Part shown: piece after piece, positions 1 through 14,170 of the stretch | Position numbering within the stretch: the first letter of the stretch is position 1 | Layout: each line of letters opens with the position of its first letter | NCBI RefSeq assembly: GCF_009914755.1 | Contig: NC_060932.1 | Reading direction: 5' to 3' (one strand) | Source of the DNA: the human T2T-CHM13v2.0 reference genome, Homo sapiens | Length of the DNA stretch: 64,000 bases | Notes under the pieces: generated by a model | Seen by the model: the letters and a program-made list of their open reading frames with translations, nothing else | What the model was told of the DNA's origin: nothing | The model's database searches: none | Made by a program: the position numbers and the translations under genes

Positions 1-3000
1 TGGTCAGCCAAGCCAGGTAAAAGAAGATAAATTTGGACTCAGACCTTTGACTTTAATTCCAGTGTCCCCTTTCACTACTTCGTACTGTTTCCTTTGGACA
101 GAAATTAAATCCTGGTAGATAAAGGGGAAGACGTAAGGAAGACAAGACAAGGGACTGAGGAAATGTTGGGGAAGATGAGAACACCTCAGAAACCACAATT
201 GAAGAATTCCTAGGACCCCCAGGTAAAGCTGTTTGGGTGTGATACATCCTTGGGCATATTGTTGACTGATTTTTAGGCTTGAGGGAAGATACTCTTTGTT
301 TTAAACAAGGTGGATGGAAATGAAGGTGGAGAGAAACACCGTGAGAAAGATTTTAATGCAAAGCCAATCCAAGCACCATCTCTTAGAGCCTTATTTCTTT
401 TCAGCAGCTCTCTGGATTGTTCTAAGAAGTGATGGGTAATTTTATAAAAGTCTTAAGCTGTTGTTAAGAGATCTTTTTAAAGCTGAAGGCAAAACAAACA
501 AACATGATGTCCTACAAAGCTGAGAATAAGCTCCAGAGAGAGGGAAGGCAGCAGAAATAGTTACTGGGATGGGGAAAGAGATCGCAATGTACCTTGTCTC
601 AAGCCCTATGAACGCTGTCGCCTCACCCTCCTGCAAAGTCCCGTGGGCAGCCCGAGCTTGGCTGAGAGGGGAGGCAACAGAGACGCCAGGATGGGAGAGC
701 TCGGAGCTATTTCGGACTCCAGGCCAACATCCACGGAGACCTTGAGTTACGTCATCGGAACTGTCTGGACTTTGGTCCCCTTATGCCAAATGCGGTTTCC
801 AGAAAAAGGATCCGCAGCGTATTTGGAAGCTCATCAACTAAAAGTTGTCTCGTCACTTTCATGCGTGAGATCTTTTCATTTGTGAAGAGCATATTATTTT
901 GCTTAATTATGGGCTGCGAGGAGGTGGCATAGAGCAGTGGAAAAAGCCTGGGCTCTGGAGTCAGAGAGACCTAGTCTGAATCATGGCTCTGCCATCCACC
1001 AGCTACGGGACACTGGCCTGGTGGGCCTGTTTCCTTGTCCATAAACTGAGAATAATCTTGCAATAATTAACTATCTTGGAGGGAGGTTGTTAGGATAAGA
1101 CGATAAATGCATGTCAAGAATCTTGTTCTGCTGTTCAGATATTTAATCATCAGTCGCTGTTATTAATAAAGTATCTGACTTTTCAGTAACATTTAGCATA
1201 TGAGATTTCTCGTTCACTCTAACAGTATGGCTATAGTGGTATACATAATCTCCTTTTGCTTGTGAATACTGCTAAAATTAAATTCCCATTTTTCAAAGAC
1301 GTTTTCTTATATGGAGTCTTGCCGATGATGATTTTCAGCACCCTGACAATTTGTTGTTTTTAAATACTTATAGTTTATTTTGTAATCATCTATGCCATAA
1401 CTAATTACACTTTTTTTTTTTTCAAGGAAAGGGGCACATCCAGAAAGGAGATAAGATCAGAAGCCTTTATTTCCACTATTCAGCCACTCACTGCCTGAGA
1501 CTTAACTTCATTTCAAGTAAGGGGATAATATTTGGCCCCTAAGTATCTTACAAGGGTTTTGTTTTCCCTAAGAGAAAAAAAATTAGGTAAGATCATAAGT
1601 AAGAAAGGATTTTTTGAATTAAAAATATATGCAAATGCAAGTTATAACAATTTTTGTTCTGGATATTTTTGCAGTAGATAGAAAAGTTCTTTGTGCTGTG
1701 GCCACCTGCCTAATGCTGTTGACTGGCTGGTAATAGATGCCTGGGAGTCATTTTGAGGTTACTTAGAGCCTCTTTCCACCACCAGATGGAAGGAAATTGG
1801 GCAACTTCTTGAGTAATTGGCTCTTCTGACTCACGTTTCTTGCATTGTGACCTGGGTGCTACCCAGGATGAGCAAGGAATTTCCTCTCTGGAGTTGTTTA
1901 AGGAATAGCCCAAACGTTCAGCTTCATCTTTTTTTAATGCCGCCTCTAACACTACCTGAGCAGCCACAGAAAAGTATTTGCTGCTGCAGTATTTTGGATC
2001 AGCTGAAATATATTTTGAGTATGTACTCTGGGAAAGGCACAGAATACCATTTCTTTACTGAGATTCTCTTCAAGGATTTCCATCCCTCCTTAAAGACCTA
2101 GTTGGGATGGAGCAATGTATTTAGAACATGATGTGAGTACCAACAAGGAGTCGGGAGACACCTTTTAGCTGTACTTCTTTATCTTTCTCTCCTTGCTTCC
2201 TCTGTCTCTGGTTTCCCCTTTTGCATCTCTTGTTTTTCCTTTCTTTTCTTGTATTACTTTCTCTTGATCAATAGAGCTGCCATAGCCTTCCCAGACATAA
2301 ATAATCAGCTTCCTTGGAAGTACTCAGAATGTGAACAGCTGTAGCCACTTAGACCTGGTCTTAGATTCTCACCCCTTGTTGTGTATTGTAATTATCTAGG
2401 GAACTTAAAAGGTACTGAGGCATGGGCCCCAATGGAATCATTATCCCTGGGGGGTGGGGTGGGCCCTAGACCTGGTATTTTCAAAAACTTTCAAAAATTA
2501 TTCTAACACATACGCAGATTAAACTGGTTGCAGACATTCAGGAAGCAAAAATATGACAAAATTACCCTAAAAGTAAAATAAAATAAGATTTTTGGCTCAA
2601 AGTGCAGTAATCCTGTTGTCTGGCCACCTTATTTGTGTCCTATTCATCAAATAAGGGGATTTGTTTTGTTTTGTTTTTTGAGAACCGCAGCAAGAAAAAT
2701 TGGTCATGCCCAGGCAAATCTTCTAGGTGAGTTCTAAAGATAAGTCAAGTGGCCATAAAACACTTCTACAGCTAATATTTGTTGAGAGCATGTTCTGAGC
2801 CATGTGCTATGCAGAATACATTTACTATACATTGCCTCACTTAATCCTCTCAACAATTCTGAGGCATTATTCTTCTTCTGGATTTACAAAAGAAGAAAGA
2901 GAGGCACAAAGCAATTGCTTAACTCGCTCAGCACCTGACCACTAGTTAGAAGTGAAGCTGGGAGATTTGAATGCAAGCAGGTAGACTGCAGAATCTGCCT

Positions 3001-3167
3001 GTTAATCATCATGTTATATCTCCTTTACACTGTGACAGTTAAGATAAAATTACAAAAATTTGCGAGAGCACTAGTTCTCAATCTTGCCGGCATAGCAGAA
3101 TTGTTGGGAGAGCTTTGAAAAAAAATCCTTTGCTCATGTCATATCATGAAACAATTTAATCCATATC

Positions 3168-3526
3168 TGATATGGTTTGGCTGTGTGCCCATCGAAATCT
3201 CATCTTGAATTGTAGCTGCCATTATTCCCACGTGTTGTGGGAGGGACCCAGTGGGAGACAATTGAATCATGGGGGCAGTTTCCCTCATACTGTTCTGGTG
3301 GTAGTGAATAAGTCTCACGAGATCTGATGGTTTTATAAGGGGAAACCCCTTTCACTTGGTTCCTATTCTCTCTTGCCTGCCGCTGCATAAGACATGATAT
3401 TTGCCTTCTGCCATGATTGTGAGGCCTCCCCAGCCACATAAAACCGTGAGTCCATTAATCCTCTTTTTCTTCATAAATTACCCATTCTCGGGAATGTGTT
3501 TAGCAGTGTGAAAATGGACTAATATC
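3168..3526 (+). mobile_element. THE1 (MaLR) solo LTR
   Basis: Starts TGATATGGTTTGGCTGTG, ends GGACTAATA; flanked by an (c)atatc duplication. Confidence 0.9.
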
Positions 3527-3548
3527 ATATCTCTCAAGAATGAGACCC

Positions 3549-3812
3549 TTGGGAGGCCGAGGCGGGTGGATCACTAGGTCAAGAGTTCAAGACCAGCCTG
3601 GCCAACATGGTGAAACCCTGTCTCTACTAAAAGTACAAAACTTAGCTGGGCATGGTGGTGTGCACCTGTAATCCTAGCTACTTGGGAGGCTGAAGCAAGA
3701 GAGTCACTTGAACCCAGGAGGCAGAGGCTGCAGTGAGCCAAGATTGTGCCACTGCACTCCAGCCTGGGTGACAGAGCAAGACTCAGTCTCAAAACAAACA
3801 AACAAACAAAAA
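3549..3812 (+). mobile_element. 5'-truncated AluS with (AAAC)n tail
   Basis: Alu consensus; TSD gagaccc at 3542-3548 and 3814-3820. Confidence 0.92.
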
Positions 3813-3943
3813 CGAGACCCAAGCATTGTAAGTGTGCCCCAGGTGACTCTATGTTACAATCAAGGTTGAAAACTAGTGGATTAGAGGAATGAGAACAATA
3901 CAGATGAGAATCATCAGGGAAAGCTTCATAGGTGAACTTGGCC

Positions 3944-4425
3944 TGTGGCAGGCAGAATAATGTTCTCTCTGACCCAAGATGTCCACATCCTAATTCTTGT
4001 GACTTTTGAGTATGTTACCTTCCATGACAAATGGAAGTAAGATTGCAGATGGAATGAAGGCTGCAAATCAGCCGACCCAAACTGGGAAATTAGCTTGGAT
4101 TATCCAGGTGGACCCCATGTAATCACATGGGCCCTTAATGGAAGAGGGAGACAGAAATGAAAGAATCAGAGTTAGTGGCTTCAGAAGGACTTAGCCCAAT
4201 ATTGCTGACTTTGAAAATGGAAAGTGGACTCCAGGAATGCAGGTGGTCTCTAGAAGCTGAAGAAGGTCAGGAATCAGATTATCACCCAGAGAGAGTAACC
4301 AGAATGGATACATTTTGGCCAACATGATTCTAACCCAGTGAGACCCATTTTGGGCTTATGACTTCCAGAATTATAAGGTAAAAAAATTATAGTGTTTCAT
4401 AATGTTATTTGGCATAGAAAATAAG
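3944..4425 (+). mobile_element. MLT1D-like LTR
   Basis: TGTGGCAGGCAGAATAATG...AAGATGTCCACATCCTAAT start; end approximate. Confidence 0.7.
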
Positions 4426-5417
4426 AAGTTATATTTTTAAGAATTCATGTGAGATTGTCAGTGTTAATCAAGAATAACTGGTGAATTAAAGATAGTGATG
4501 ATTTTGGAGAAAAAAGTATTGTTAAGGCCACTGTTCATGGAGATTTGTTTCAGCAGGAAATTAGTACAGTGGCTTAATAAAAAGGGAGAATTTAGAGAAA
4601 ATATATGAAGAGAATGAAAAATATGCATTTAGCTACAGATTAGATTTTCTGTTGAAGCACAGTGTGTATTTTGGAGAAGTACATGAAACCCTTCATAGCT
4701 AAGCAGAAAAATGTGGTTATAAGAACAGAGGAGTCAAATGCACTGGAGTTTACTAATAACAATTAAGGTATGCTGTGGATCGTATATGTACTAGGCACCT
4801 ACATATCTGCCCTATGGAATCCCTGTACACTGTAGACATTTGTAACTTGCAGTTGAACCATGATTCAAACTCAAGCCTTCTGGCCTCCAGAATCAGTGTT
4901 CATTCCAGTTACCACACTGTGTACTTTTCCTCCTCGCTAAGACCACTTGGAACTCTAGTGATTTTTCTTATCTCCCTTAAGCACATGGCAAGGAACTGTG
5001 ATCTCATAGAGGACCTCCTGGTGCAGAGACAAAGGGTTCTTGTACAAATTTCTTACAGGAACAATAAGTGATAACTAGGATGTTTAAAGAAAATTGACCT
5101 GATAGTTATGTGCAAGAAGGACTGTAGTAGATGAAGCTAGAGGCAGGCAGATCAGTCAGGAAGTCGGACAATAACTCAGACTCCTGAGGGTTTGAACTCT
5201 GAGTGGCAGTGGAAGTGGGAGTGAAGAGGAGATGAATTCAGGAAACCTTGAAGAAATTCAACTGAAGGGAAAATAACCTGCTTGAGAAGGGCAAAAGAAT
5301 GGCATAGTCAAAGATAATTCCAGGTTTTCAGGTCTGGCAAGATGAAAAGATGTTTGGTGGTGTCCCTGACAGAACTGGGAGTGTTGGAGAAGGGAAGAAG
5401 TTTGGGGGGGTCTGATG

Positions 5418-6110
5418 GTGTAAGGTGGTATTATGTAATAAAAGGTTTGCCTGGCCTCTGTCCCTGGTTTCTGGCATGGAGACTCTAAATCCTTGGACCA
5501 TCCCAGGTGATGAAGAGTGTCTTTGTTATGCTAATAAGATAACTTATGATAGACCCGTAGATGATTTTGAACAGGGACTGGTCAGCAGAAAGACCAATAA
5601 TGTTGATTAGAGTATTGGAACTCTGAGTTGGCCTGACTTCTGGGGAAACGGAGGAGTGGAAATTGAATTCAGTCATGTGGCCAATGACTTAATCATGCTT
5701 GTGTAATGAAACTCCAATAATAACTAAAAGGTGCAGCTTCCTGGTTGGTGCACACATTATTGATGTTCTGTGAGGGTAATATGCTGATTCTATAGGAATA
5801 GGGTATGGAAGCTTTACATCTGGGAGCCTCCCGGATCTTACTGCTATGGATATCCTTTATAATAGAATTGTAATCACAAGTATAATGCTTTTCTGAGGTC
5901 TGTGAGTTGTTCTGATGAATTATCAAACCTGATGGGATTGTGGGAACCCCCAATTTGTGGCCAGTCAGTCAAAACTGTGGTGGCCAAGGGACCTTCTGAA
6001 ACTTGTGGCTGGCATCTGAAGTGCGGGCAGTCCTGTGAAGAATTTTGCCCTTATCTGGGAGATCGGCACTTACTCTGACTAGTTACTGTCAATTAAATTT
6101 TAGTTCACTC
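5418..6110 (+). mobile_element. MER21-like ERVL LTR
   Basis: gtccctggtttctggcatggagactctaaatccttgga and gaattatcaaacctga...ggaaccccc motifs; limits approximate. Confidence 0.65.
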
Positions 6111-9084
6111 ACTTCGGGGTGGAAACAGAATAGGTGGACATTAAGATGACGTAAATTCCTGTCTGTGGGCAAAACTCAGTTATGTGAAACCAGTTTCCAC
6201 TTAATACTGACGCCAAAAAAAAAAAATCAGAGAAAATTAACTGCAACATTTAAATATTCACTTCTTGATTTCTGATTGACCTCTCTGACTTCCCCAGTGA
6301 CTTTTTGGGCCAATGTGATGGAATAAAATATCAGGGGTTTTAAAGACAGAATTGAGTTCAAATTCTGTCTTTGTCACTTACTTTCTGTGAAATAGCGGGC
6401 GTGTAACTTATTCTTTTTGGATTATAGCCCCTTATCTTAAAATGGGAATATTAATGCCTAATTTGTAAAGCTGTTAAGAGGATGAACATAAAAAGTAAGC
6501 TCTTGGTACATGAGAGATGCACAAAGAATGTTATTTTCTGTTGTCCTTTAAGATTATTTCCAATTGGAATGTTTTTTTCTGAGAGAGATTCTTTTACCCA
6601 GATTTATCAAAAGGGAGTCAAAGTGATTGATGTGGCTTCACTGAGCTTTCAGCGAACTCTCTGACTTTGGGGGATATGCTAACTCATCCTCTCAAAAGTC
6701 AGCGGCTGTTAGAGAGTTTTGTTCTAAGAAGAGTTTTACAGTAATTGAAGAATTTGTAATCTCTGCCATGCATGTGAAGAGAGAACATCTCTGCAATGCC
6801 TGCATCAGCTTGGCACCACATTTGTCACTGACTAGCTGAGCTACAGGTGTTTAGTGAATGATCTCAATAGCACCATTGCAATAGTCATACCATATACTTA
6901 AGTGATTTTTTCCAAAGAGACCAGACAAGTCTGAAACCCAGAATGACAGCCAGGCCCTTGGATTTGTCCTTGTATCCTCAGCTGTCCTCTCCTTACTTGC
7001 CTTTCTTCCACTTTGTGGTGAGGTGGTTACAGCTGTGAACCAAATAACTGGCATAGTTATCTTGAGGAATGCTCCTGAATCATCACCCTCAAAATGATTA
7101 CATGAAATGGTTGGGCACCATCTCTTTTGTGAATTTATCTCTTGTGAAGAAATGTTTTTAATACCTGCTTTTACTATGAAATACTGGGATAGAAATTTGT
7201 AGGGAATCTCCAAATAGGCTTTTGAGGTTTTATTCTACCTATTAGGCAGATAGGGAGGCTGAGCCCCAAAGTAATCAAGTGACCTGCCCAAGCCACACTA
7301 TTTAAGAGAAGAGACAGGATTTGAAATCAAATGTCTTACTCTGAAGCCATTTTTGAAAGACTGTGACTTATTTCTAGGTGGAATCTGCTTCCGTTTTCTT
7401 TTTATTCTCAAACTCTATCTGATTTTATTTTTTCTAGACGATTTATTATGACTTTTTTATTCTTTAAATATAGCTTAGTCAAAAGAGCTTATTTTCAAAT
7501 TGTTTGGAAATAATATAGTACTAGATACACCAAAGTGCCAGTCTGCTGGCTTTAAGGTTTTTTTTTTTTTCGTTATTGTTGCTGTTTAATACCTAGTTTC
7601 AAATTCAGGGTTTGGGTTTAACTGAAATTTATTCTGGAGGTTTCAGCAAGGTTTGCTTCTTTTACCATCTCCTCTTAGTAAGCAAATCCTGGAGATTTTC
7701 CTTGCCACAAGTGCTTAATGGCAGAGAACATCTTGTCACCATCCAAGGCATATCCTTTTGAGTGATATATTTTTCTGGCTAGAGAGAGAAATCTGACCCA
7801 GACCCCACAAATAGCAGATTTATATTACATATAAAACCATTACTCCAGGATTCCTGGGTAGGAGATTTCTGCTTTTCAGAATTTTTACTTTTTCTCTTTT
7901 GACTCTTGATGTCATCACATTTCAGGGGTTATACTTGACTTCTGAAGCTTAAATCCAAAGGTATAATCAAAATACATAATTGGTAGTAGGTACAAAACCT
8001 GAGATGGTTGGGACTAAGAGATTAGGCAAACACTGTGCCTAGTCTAAGCAGTAGACAGGTGTACAGGTCTCAATAAGTGGGTGGTAGGTGTCAGGGAAAG
8101 TCAGCTGCTAAAGCTGTTAGGATTTAATGAAGTGATAATGATGTAATAAATGAGCAGTGGAGGTCAGAGAGAGTCAGCTAATTGGGTCATTGAGATTTAA
8201 TAAGATGATGTCTATAATTGTCTTAAGTGTAGGGCTGTGCTCCTTGCAAGTTCTCAATAAATGACATTTACTATGAGTACCAAAGACAATGAGGGAGCAA
8301 TAGCAAATCAGTACAAGATGAATCAGTAATCTCTTATTTTTTGGCTTTATAAACATTGCTTTCTAGGAATCTAGCTGGGCCCAGAGTCTGGGGCTAAAAG
8401 GAAAGCATTTAATAAATAATGTGATGATGATGATTATTTTCATTACCGTACCAAAAGTATAGTAATGGTTATATACCAATGGTAACTTTGGCATTTAATC
8501 AAAGTTACATACCATATACTGTTGGTATATTTAACTTTTAGTTAAATACCAAAAGTATGGTAATGGAAATAATACGGTATCAGGTAAACTGATAAGTACA
8601 ATGTCAGATTATAAAGTGCAACAATAGATGCACACACCCAAATAGGAAAGACTTGTTTTTCACCACCTTTATTAAGAGAAGTGCAAAGTTAAATGAATCT
8701 TATTTGTACTGATGGGTTCCAAGTTCTACTGCTAGATGTGTAATTTAATTTCATGCAGATTTATCTGGATCCTTAAAGATAATACAAAATGATAGTTCCT
8801 AAAATTGCCCAATAAGAATCCCAGCAACCCACTTCTGACCCACAGAATCAAAATCAGCTTGGAAGATAAATTAGTAATCTCTTGAACAAAATCCCAAATG
8901 ATTCATATGATCAGTTAAGTTTGAAAAACACTGGGCTAGTTTTAGCTAGAACTGGGCTAAAATCTCCCCTGCTATGCTGTAAAATTTAAAGAGAGTGGAA
9001 GTTTTTACTAGCTAGGAAGCCATTTTCTCCCAGTCCCAATTCCAGAATAAGAGCTATGGGTTCCACTGGCACACACGCTCTGTT

Positions 9085-9127
9085 TCTCTCTCTCTCTGTC
9101 TGTCTCTCTCTCTGTGCATGTGAGTGC

Positions 9128-9167
<40 letters not shown>
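9085..9167. repeat. (CT)n/(TG)n compound microsatellite
   Basis: Pure TG run 9130-9167. Confidence 0.95.
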
Positions 9168-9168
<1 letters not shown>

Positions 9169-10484
9169 AATCAATATAGTAATAAGATATTTAAAATTGT
9201 TAAATCCCAAGTTACCACCCTCCAAGATGGTTTTGGATATGGCTGGAGCAAAGTAGGAGAAATGAACAGATGACCTCATTATCTCTTAGAAACCTATGAT
9301 TCCATGAACATGATACAGGTTTTATGCATGATCTGCCCTGTTTACCTCAAAATGTCTGAAGTCAGTGAGTCAGAAAAAACCAAAATTGCTATAGAAATGC
9401 CAGTTTGGAAGACATCTTTGTTTTAGTTAGAAGGATTTTTGTGGAAATATGACTTAAGCCTTTGTGTTTCAAAAGATGAGGTGTATTTCCCTGGGAAAAG
9501 ACTCAAGAAAACCCAAGGAAATGGAAGATTTATTTTCTATTAAATACTTGGAAAAAGACAGAAGTCTCAATCCATTAGTCACAACCAAATGCCCAGTGAT
9601 GAAGTTCCTCCTCTTATGACTCTTCTGGAAAGATTAATGGCTGTTTAATCTGACCCTTCCTTTCCACTCTGTGCCTCCACCTCCAGTCTGAGTTGTCTGT
9701 TTACTCATGACAGCTCTAATAGCCAACCACCTGTTTTAATTGTCTCTAGCTTATTTCTGCTCCGATCCATTCTACACCCCTGAGCCAAAAGAATCTTTCA
9801 GAAAAGCTGCTTTACAACTAATATCAACTTCAATTGTTCCCATTGTGTTTATAGATAAATATTATAGAATTAAAGATTCTCAGGTGGATAGCACCTCACA
9901 AATCATGACAGCTCCTCAAACCCAAAGATCTGTGTCTGACATTCAAGGCCTTCTTATGTACTCCATATAGTAGTCAGGACTCTTGTTTACAAGAGAGGGA
10001 CAGAAACCGGCTTGGGTAAAAAGGCAAATTCAAAATGATTCACAAAACTAAAAATGAGAAAGAAAAGCTATGGCTAGAACCAAGGGCTTGAACATTAGAA
10101 TTCTTTGCCTGTCTCTTCTCCCTAGTTTTAGATTTCTCTCTCTTTGGCTCTGGCATCTTTAGGTTCAACATCTTTACATCTTTTCATTAAACAGAAAAAA
10201 AAATCATTTTTAAGTAATTCCAAATGTACAGATCCTAAGAAAGGTCTCTGATTGACACACACACACTCGCACACACAAAATCATCTCTATACCCATGTGT
10301 AAATCTTGGGTTAGAGCTGGGGAAAGGTTGGGAATTATCAGTCCCCATTGGAAATGTATGGTTAAGTTGTATTTAGCAAACAGAAATGAAGGTTTCTGGA
10401 TAGATAAAGCAATTTACTTTTATCTACTACAACCCACAGTGTATTATCAATCAGCTTCTATAAGCTTATTTTATACTAATTGAA

Positions 10485-10781
<297 letters not shown>

Positions 10782-11393
10782 CTCATTGAATTTTTATACA
10801 AACCACATGGATCTAACCAGTGTTTCCCCAACATGTTACATATATTTTTCCTTCAAGACCTAGCTGAAGTTACTGCTTCTTTGTCTGTCCTAAGGTTCAG
10901 AGATGACATTTGATGACTGTGCCCTGTTTATACAACTCAATTGGCACTAAGCACATACCATCTGGTATTAGTAAACATTCTTTCATGTGTATATCCTGTT
11001 TCCCCAACTAGATTATAACCCTCTTCAGAACAGATGTATTTAAACTCAGGTAGAGAGAGAATTGCTGCTAGCTATTATTAAGGTTAAATCCCTGTTTTAT
11101 AATTTCCTAGTTTGCGAAAGAGAAATTTGAAACATAACAGCCAGGAAGTCATAAAAATTGGAGCGTAGTTGTATTCAACACCGACAATTGGAATTACACT
11201 GATTGAACAGATAATAGCCATTGGGAACCCTTGATCAAGGTAAGAGAATAGTGAAAGCTTGTCCCTCAGATTGAGTTTAGGCATTAATTAAGGAAACAAG
11301 TCTGAAGGGACTAAGTATTTCAGAAAGGAGATATTTCTGGGGCTATAGAGCTCCACATTGGTGAAGGCCTTAGAATTCTCTATCAGAGCATGT

Positions 11394-11480
11394 GCTCTCT
11401 CGCTCTCTCGCTCTCTCGCTCTCTCGCTCTCTCGCTCTCTCGCTCTCTCGCTCTCTCGCTCTCTCGCTCTCTCGCTCTCT
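11394..11480. repeat. (GCTCTCTC)n octamer tandem repeat, ~11 copies
   Basis: Direct inspection. Confidence 0.95.
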
Positions 11481-13788
11481 CACACAAAATCATCTCTATA
11501 CCCATGTGTAAATAACTTCTGTTTGAGAATAATTTTACACATTACAAATTAAAACAACCTAAAACTCTATGCTCTTGAATGTAGTGGTGGTTTGCAACTG
11601 TATCTCTTGCTTAGAACTGTTTAAAGTACATTGTCTTGAGTACTCAAAAACCTTTTCTTTTCAATAATTAACAGATGAGATTTTCAATATATGGATCAAA
11701 AACTGAAGATAGTCTATCGAATAAGATAATGAAAATAACAAATAAAAAATAGTGGACTTCATAAAATGTTTTGCTAACACATCTAGAATAAAGACTTCAA
11801 TATTGTTTCTTAGTTTTAATATTTTAGACTATAATATTCATAAAATATTTCACAACTTACATAGGCTTCTAGATGAGCAAGAGGACACAGTGGATCTGGA
11901 CTCATGGAGATAATTTTAACTCCAAATCAATCTTTTACATCAAATCTTTAAACAATGAAATTGACTTGATATGTTCTGGCTCCCACCCTGGTATATATGA
12001 AACTGGAAAGTGTAGACAGCAAATATTAGTGATGTTCCCAAACTAATGACAGAAGAGTCAAATTCAAGTTCAAAATCATGACTTTCAAAAACTCATTGGA
12101 GAACTGAGGTCACAGAATGAATAACTGGCCCCAAATCAGGGACAGTGACTCTGGAGAGAGAGGAGGTACAAATGAGTGCCTATCTGAGGTTGATAGAACT
12201 GGACACCAGTAGGAAGAATTCAGTAGACTAGCTGAAAAATCAATGTAGGCCTAGTGTGGGTTGGTGGAACAGTGTAGATATCCCTGGGTATTAGAAAAAC
12301 TGGGGGAATCTGTAGCCTTTTGCAGGATCTTTCTCCATTAACCCATTAAGCACTCAAAATAAAGATCAGAAAGAGCCATGCAATCTTGGAGAGCAGTCGC
12401 CCTGCACGAGAGCAGCAAATCTCACTCAAAAGTGTTTAATCTATGGAGGGAAAGCAAAACTACTGACTTTAGGATATTGGTGACCACTCATTGCAGCTGA
12501 GGAAAGGGAACAGGATGGAAGAAATAAAAGTATATTCCTAGGAAGAGCAGCCAGATTAAGTACAGAGCCCACAAATATAGCCAAGAGAAAAGCAGGAGAG
12601 CTGAAAAGGCCACACACCCCAGGGAAACAGACATACTTAACACAGTCTTAATGAGAACAACAGAGACTGTACCTAACACCCTTCACTGTGAAGCTAAGAA
12701 GCTTCCAATAACAACTAACAGCAGAATACAATTGAGAGAGGGATAGGAGAAGAACAAGAAATGTACAAAGAGAACCTCTTTGATGCACAGTTCAAAGGTA
12801 GACCTAAAACTCAGAATCAAGTAAACATTGCTCTGATATATATCCACCATCCTAGAAATAAGCTATCTATAGGAATTTGAAATCTGCGGTTCACTGAGTA
12901 TAACCATAGCAACAACAAAAAAATCATAAAACCTGTCCAATTTTCAGTTGGATTAAGTCAAAGCCCTCCGTTAAGGTTCAAGCAGGAGGAAAGAAAGGCA
13001 TGCCCATTGCCAGGTATAAAAACTATCTCCCAGACTTTCCTAACCCGCCAGACTTTTAACAACAACAACAAAGATATGAGGCATACCAAAAGGCAAGAGA
13101 AAACAACACATTCCCAAGTAATGAAGCAACCACTAAATACCTTCAAGACTTACTATAAAGCAAGTATGATTAAGATAGTGTGGCATTGGTGAAAAGATAG
13201 ACTTAATAAGTTAATGGAACAGAATACAGAGCCCAGAAATATACCAGCACAAACATTTCAATCAATTTTTGACAAAAATGCAAAGGCAATTCAATCAAGA
13301 AATGCTAACCTTTTCAACAAATCACACTGGAACAATGGGCCATCCATATGCAAAAAGAAAAGAGAAGAATTTCAACATACATTGTACAAAAATTAACTCA
13401 AAATGGATCCTAAACCTATATTTGAAATGTGAAGCTATGAAAAAACAGAAGGAAATCTGTGGGTCTGTTGATGAGTATGTAGACATGACACCGAAAGCAC
13501 AATTCATTAAAAGAGAAAGATAAACTGTACCAACACCTAAAACTTTGCTCTGCAGAACGCACAGTAAGAATATTAAAAGGTAAGCCCCAGATTAAGCAAC
13601 TATGTTTGTAAATTGCACACTTGAAAAAGGTCTTGTACCCAGAATGTGCAAAGTACTCTTAAAACTCAACAATTAGAAGAAAATAAACAATATAACTTAA
13701 AAAAATGGGCAAAAGATCTTGACTGACATTTCATCAAAGAAGATATATAGATGGCAAATAAACATGAAAAGATGCTCAACATTATTAG

Positions 13789-14170
13789 TATTATGTAATA
13801 AACTGTCCCCAAAATTTATATGTTAAAGCCCTAACCCCTATCATGTATTTGGAGATGGGGGTTATATGGAGATAATTAATTTTAAGTGAAGTCATAAGGG
13901 TGGGACCCTAATCACAGAGTGCTGGTGTTCTTACAAGAAGAGAAAGAGACACGAGAGATCTCCCTCTGCATGTGCACAGAGGAAAGGCCATGTGCAGATA
14001 CAACGCGAAGGCAGCCTTCTATAACCAGGAAAAGAGGCTCTGCCAGAAACCAAGCCTGAAAGAAACTTGACCTTGAACTTCTGGCCTCCAGAAATGTGGG
14101 AAGTAAATTTCTGTTGTTTCAGCACCCAGTCTGTGGTATTTTATTATGGCAGCCCCAGTAAACTAATTCA
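13789..14170 (+). mobile_element. MLT1A-like solo LTR inserted in L1
   Basis: MLT1A motifs; 5-bp TSD attag at 13784-13788 and 14171-14175. Confidence 0.8.

Larger units (their letters stand above)
3070..3879. mobile_element. MER5-family (hAT-Charlie) remnant interrupted by THE1 and Alu
   Basis: Ends resemble MER5 termini (ctagttctcaatctt... / ccccaggtgactctatg...ggttgaaaactagtg). Confidence 0.5.

Noticed and set aside
1779-1790. CTCF-like CCACCAGATGGA (similar partial matches near 32427, 44829, 61232)
   Set aside because: Imperfect matches that cannot be distinguished from chance without ChIP data
11358-11552. ORF with repeating SLSRSLAL
   Set aside because: Translation of the octamer microsatellite
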